This document shows, one piece after another, positions 60,366 through 64,000 of a stretch of 64,000 nt of DNA (position 1 is its first letter; the number at the start of each line of letters is the position of its first letter). Below the pieces are notes generated by a model. That model ran no database searches. It saw only the letters and a list, made by a program, of their open reading frames with translations, and had not been told where the DNA came from. A program made the position numbers and the translations under genes. Source of the DNA: an uncultured Verrucomicrobiota bacterium (lineage in GTDB: Bacteria; Verrucomicrobiota; Verrucomicrobiia; Limisphaerales; AAA164-E04); contig CAYFGX010000002.1 of the NCBI GenBank assembly GCA_964342405.1, forward strand, positions 209,969-273,968, written 5' to 3'.

Positions 60366-62177
60366 ATGCAGACAATTCAGGATATCATTCATCGATTTGA
60401 GGTCGGCGAAGACCGTCGCTATCTCCCTATAGGTGCCGGAATACTTCTTTTTATCGCGATTCTCGCCATCTATAATCTCCGAGAAAAGACGGGCTTCGCA
60501 TCCATCGAGGCGATGGACCTGAGCCAAGTAGCGCATAACATCGAACAAGGGGAAGGCTTCACAACGAACTTCATTCGGCCACTCAGCCTTGCCCTCGTAC
60601 AGAAACAGAACGATGGCGATGCTGACGATCCCATGAGCCTCAAGGGCCCACACCCCGACCTGGCCAATCCGCCGCTCTACCCTTACCTCCTCGCGGCGGC
60701 CATGAAAGTGCTGCCGTTCGACTATTCCATCCCCGAACTGCGTTCCAAGAACTTCAGACATTTCCAACCCGAAGTCATGATCGGGATCGTCAATCAGATC
60801 TTGTTCGTCCTAAGTGCCGTCACACTCTTTCTCATTGGACGTCGACTCTTCGATGATTCCATTGCCTGGTTCGCAACGATCGTATTCTTGGGAACAGATC
60901 TGCTCTGGCGTTTTTCATTCTCTGGTCTTTCGACCAACCTAGCTCTCTTTCTGTTTCTCTTACTGATCGCCGTTCTTATCAAACTGGAGTCTGGTCACCC
61001 AGTCGACCACTACGAAGAAAAAGATAATCCCGCACGTAAGGAGCGAGGAGTTGCCTACTACGCGATCCTCACAGGAATTGCGGGAATCCTCCTCGGCGCT
61101 CTGGCGTTGACTCGCTACTCACTACTCGCGCTCATCGTGCCAACTTGTCTCTTCTTCATCTTCTACCTCCCCGGGAAGCGCCTCATCTCAGTTGGGACAA
61201 CACTCGTCATGGTTCTCCTTGTCATCAGTCCATGGCTCTTGAGAAACCATCAACTCAGCGGCAACTTCTTCGGGACGGCGGGATACGCCCCCATTCACGA
61301 ATCGAGCCGGTATTCTGGGACTGCACTCGAACGAACTCTTGAGGCCGATATCGGCTCCATCTCTCTGAGGGAATCCATCCGCAAATTCCTTCGAAACACG
61401 GCTCACATTGCCGAACATGAACTTCCGCGATTGGGTGGAAGCTGGCTCACGGCACTCTTCCTCGCCGGGTTCCTGGTTCCATTCACAAACCGCTCACTCA
61501 ATCGAGTCCGTCATTTCGCTTTGCTCACCCTTATCGCACTAACAGTCGTGCAGGCCATGGGCAGAACCCACTTATCCGACCACTCCCCGGAGATCAATAC
61601 AGAGAACCTCCTCGTTTTCGCCATCCCCTTAGCTTACCTGTTTGGAGCCGGATTGTTCTTCTTACTCTTAGACCAACTAAACCTCAGCTTTGCTGGAGCC
61701 CACTTCTACGTCTGTCTCCTCGCAGCTGGACTCGCTTGTCTTCCCCTGATATTCAGGATCCTGCCACCGAGGAACAGCCCCGTGGCGTATCCGCCATACA
61801 GCCCACCTTTGATCCAAAGGGTCGGACACTGGTTTGAGCAAGACGAACTGATGATGAGCGACATGCCTTGGGCAATCGGCTGGTACGCCGACAAGAAGTG
61901 CCTCTGGCTCACCCGCAACCTCGAGCCCGACTTCTATACGATCAACGATCGATTCAAATCTATTAACGGTCTTTATTTGACTCCCATCACAACTGATGGG
62001 AGATTTGTTTCCGACATGGTCCGGAATTCCAATTGGGCTTGGGGTCGCTTACACATGGATGTGACACTCAGAAAGAATCTCCCGAAAGGATTTCCATTAC
62101 TCCACGTCGATGACGGCTTCATGCCGGATCAACTAATACTTACGGATTGGCCACGCTGGAATTCAGCCCGCAACTAA
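60366..62177 (+). CDS. Polytopic membrane protein, GT-C fold glycosyltransferase-like (ArnT/PMT, GT39/GT83-like)
   Basis: At least 10 TM helices. The first loop, with ..EAMDLSQVAHNIEQGEGFTT.. and ..NPPLYPYLLAAAMK.., resembles the Asp-containing loop and PPL(Y/F)YW block of ArnT/PMT enzymes. It starts 7 nt after the NtrC-like gene. Confidence 0.45.
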   Translation: MQTIQDIIHRFEVGEDRRYLPIGAGILLFIAILAIYNLREKTGFASIEAMDLSQVAHNIEQGEGFTTNFIRPLSLALVQKQNDGDADDPMSLKGPHPDLANPPLYPYLLAAAMKVLPFDYSIPELRSKNFRHFQPEVMIGIVNQILFVLSAVTLFLIGRRLFDDSIAWFATIVFLGTDLLWRFSFSGLSTNLALFLFLLLIAVLIKLESGHPVDHYEEKDNPARKERGVAYYAILTGIAGILLGALALTRYSLLALIVPTCLFFIFYLPGKRLISVGTTLVMVLLVISPWLLRNHQLSGNFFGTAGYAPIHESSRYSGTALERTLEADIGSISLRESIRKFLRNTAHIAEHELPRLGGSWLTALFLAGFLVPFTNRSLNRVRHFALLTLIALTVVQAMGRTHLSDHSPEINTENLLVFAIPLAYLFGAGLFFLLLDQLNLSFAGAHFYVCLLAAGLACLPLIFRILPPRNSPVAYPPYSPPLIQRVGHWFEQDELMMSDMPWAIGWYADKKCLWLTRNLEPDFYTINDRFKSINGLYLTPITTDGRFVSDMVRNSNWAWGRLHMDVTLRKNLPKGFPLLHVDDGFMPDQLILTDWPRWNSARN

Positions 62178-62213
62178 AGACGGAGCAATTCCTTTGTGAT
62201 CAATGATTTCTGT

Positions 62214-62242
62214 TTGACAACGCCAAGGGAGGACACTAAAAA
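62214..62242 (+). promoter_or_regulatory. Sigma-70-like promoter candidate upstream of the OM barrel gene
   Basis: TTGACA (62214-62219), a 17-nt spacer, then TAAAAA (62237-62242), 55 nt upstream of ATG 62297. The promoter consensus for this lineage is not known to me. Confidence 0.25.
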
Positions 62243-62296
62243 CACCTGACGTATCAGAAAGAGACCAACCCGGGAAACACGATTTAACAGGATTTT

Positions 62297-63556
62297 TTGT
62301 ACGGTATGAAAAAACTAATTGCTTCAGCCGGTATTGCTGCTGTCGGTGCCGCCACACTTCAGGCAGCACCGCAGGTCGGACTCGGCCCGAACCAAACATC
62401 GAAACCGTGGAGCATCTCAGCATCACTTCGGGGCTTTTACGATGACAACATCACCACAGTCCCGAACGCCATCGCAGAGGAGAGCTTCGGAATCGAAGTA
62501 TCTCCTTCGATCAATTACAATGTTGTCCGTGATCAGACTCAGATCGGTCTTGGCTACACCTTCGGACTTCGCTGGTTCGAAGATCGAGAGCCAGATAGTA
62601 GTGACGAATCCCACACGGTCTCTGCCAATGTTGTCCACGACGCTTCACCAACACTCCGATTTGAACTATCCGATACTTTCCGCGTAGCCCAGGAGCCTAC
62701 TATTGCGAACGGTGCACGCACACGTGTTATCCGAGGTGAACAAGATTACATTCATAATGAGGCTGCCATCGGAGTCACCAAAGCTCTGAACAACACCTTC
62801 TCACTCTTTGGACAATACTCCAACCGAGTGATCAACTACGATGATCCTGGATTCTCCGGAATTCTTGATCGTGTCGAGCATACACCTCTCGTCCATCTCA
62901 TGAAGCAGTTCAACCCGAACACCGTGGGTCTCATCGGTTACCGCTTCAAAGCCGTCCGATACACGGCCGACGAAATCATTCCTGGCTCCGGGCTTGATTC
63001 TGACATTCGAGACTCAGACGGTCACTACGCCTATCTCGGGGTTGATCATTCTTTCACCCCAGCATTGCAAGGTTCAGCTCGTGTGGGTCTTCAGTTCACC
63101 GACTTTACCAACGCTCCCGCTGGAGTTGACGACGACGTCACCAACCCATTTGCCGATGCCCAACTCAGCTATGGCTATGCCGAGGGAAGCAACATCCAAG
63201 TGGGTGTGAAGCATGAACGAAATCGAAACGATTTGGCCTTCGCCGGCGCAAGCTCACTGATTCTCGATCAAGAGCAAACTGTTATCTACAGTGCGATCAA
63301 TCATCGCATCACCCCCAAACTCATGGCTTCACTCCAAGGCACCTTCCTCAACGGTAGTTACGAGGGCGGCGGACCAGGAGTTGACGGAGCGAACGATGAA
63401 TACTGGGCTTTCGGTGTAAACATCAATTACGCGATCAACCAATTCCTGGCAGCTGAAGCTGGCTACAACTTTGACGATCTTGATTCTGGCGTCCTCGATG
63501 CCTTCAGAAGTTATGATCGAAATCGCGTTTACATTGGGCTTCGAGCAAGCTATTAA
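62297..63556 (+). CDS. Outer-membrane beta-barrel protein (polysaccharide-locus associated candidate)
   Basis: Signal peptide MKKLIASAGIAAVGAATLQA. Amphipathic beta-strand periodicity throughout. C-terminal YIGLRASY with a terminal aromatic residue. Located immediately upstream of a Wzz-like gene. Confidence 0.55.
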   Translation: MYGMKKLIASAGIAAVGAATLQAAPQVGLGPNQTSKPWSISASLRGFYDDNITTVPNAIAEESFGIEVSPSINYNVVRDQTQIGLGYTFGLRWFEDREPDSSDESHTVSANVVHDASPTLRFELSDTFRVAQEPTIANGARTRVIRGEQDYIHNEAAIGVTKALNNTFSLFGQYSNRVINYDDPGFSGILDRVEHTPLVHLMKQFNPNTVGLIGYRFKAVRYTADEIIPGSGLDSDIRDSDGHYAYLGVDHSFTPALQGSARVGLQFTDFTNAPAGVDDDVTNPFADAQLSYGYAEGSNIQVGVKHERNRNDLAFAGASSLILDQEQTVIYSAINHRITPKLMASLQGTFLNGSYEGGGPGVDGANDEYWAFGVNINYAINQFLAAEAGYNFDDLDSGVLDAFRSYDRNRVYIGLRASY

Positions 63557-63584
63557 TCTAAGAGCGATTTAAACACAGTGTTAG

Positions 63585-63620
63585 GGAGGCTAGAACCTAC
63601 ATTCTGGCCTCCTTTTTTTT
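63585..63620 (+). terminator. Rho-independent terminator after the OM barrel gene
   Basis: GGAGGCTAGAA-CCTACA-TTCTGGCCTCC (11-bp stem with one G-U pair) followed by T8 (63613-63620). Confidence 0.85.
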
Positions 63621-63626
63621 GACGAC

Positions 63627-64000
63627 ATGCAGCAAAACAATAACAACAAGAAAGAGCAGGACTCGAAGCTGCACTTTCTTGACTACTGGCGAATCATTCG
63701 CATCAGGAAGACCGTTATTCTCGCAGTCTTCCTTCTCGTGGTCCTGACCACTACAGTGGTGACCTTCCTTCTCAAGCCAACCTACTCAAGTACGGTTCGC
63801 ATAGCCATTGAGAAAGACAACTCAGACATCGCTCCGCTGCTTGGGATTCAAGCTTCGATGCAGTACGACCCATACTTCATCCAAACTGAATTCGAAAAGA
63901 TCCAGTCAAAGAAAGTTCTCCATCGAGTGATCAACTCCCTGGGACTGAACCAAGTCTGGGCAGAACGCTACAACGCGGAAACACTCACGACAAATGAGAC
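63627..64000 (+). CDS. Polysaccharide chain-length determinant (Wzz/GumC-like) protein, N-terminal part (3' end outside the window)
   Basis: MQQNNNNKKEQDSKLHFLDYWRIIRIRKTVILAVFLLVVLTTTVVTFLLKPTYSSTVRIAIEKD is the typical Wzz N-terminal TM helix plus P-x-Y motif. The ORF is open to the window end. Confidence 0.65.
   Translation, partial: MQQNNNNKKEQDSKLHFLDYWRIIRIRKTVILAVFLLVVLTTTVVTFLLKPTYSSTVRIAIEKDNSDIAPLLGIQASMQYDPYFIQTEFEKIQSKKVLHRVINSLGLNQVWAERYNAETLTTNE

Overview
This 64 kb window is dense, mostly chromosomal-core DNA of about 53% GC. It most likely comes from a member of the PVC superphylum, with Verrucomicrobiota-like signatures. These include a prepilin-type protein with the N-terminus '[32 protein letters not shown]', a PSCyt/DUF1549/DUF1553 + DUF1501 gene pair, FG-GAP propellers and several sulfatases.

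I can support about 55 protein-coding genes, one tRNA (tRNA-Arg CCU) and several intrinsic terminators. Housekeeping genes recognised with high confidence are kdsB, pyrG, folC, valS, cimA (citramalate synthase), a class-I DAHP synthase, pgi, mnmG, corA, miaE and comEC. Accessory or envelope content includes:
- a secreted PQQ-dehydrogenase/PKD/cytochrome-c/CBM fusion protein;
- a Ser/Thr kinase tightly linked to an ECF sigma factor;
- a PadR + HAAS-like membrane protein pair next to a divergent two-component cluster;
- an exbB-exbD-tonB-like operon with a small extra zinc-ribbon gene;
- a sigma-54 two-component system followed by a GT-C-like membrane protein, an outer-membrane barrel and the start of a Wzz-like gene.

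I saw no rRNA, CRISPR array, transposase, integrase, phage module or recognisable defence system.

The signals I consider most worth follow-up are:
1. A 41-codon leader ORF ending in four consecutive Ile codons, followed 3 nt later by a hairpin + U6 terminator, just upstream of cimA. This is a candidate isoleucine attenuator.
2. A 355-bp ORF-free spacer packed with GGCTCGCGA/TCGCGA repeats.
3. A sulfatase homologue that has lost the formylglycine Cys, the metal-binding Asp pair and a catalytic His.
4. A 15-bp perfect inverted repeat between a sensor-less histidine kinase and a divergent response-regulator operon.
5. The kinase-ECF sigma pair, whose kinase carries about 9-10 transmembrane (TM) helices.

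All functional calls are from my reading of the translated ORFs. No database search was run.
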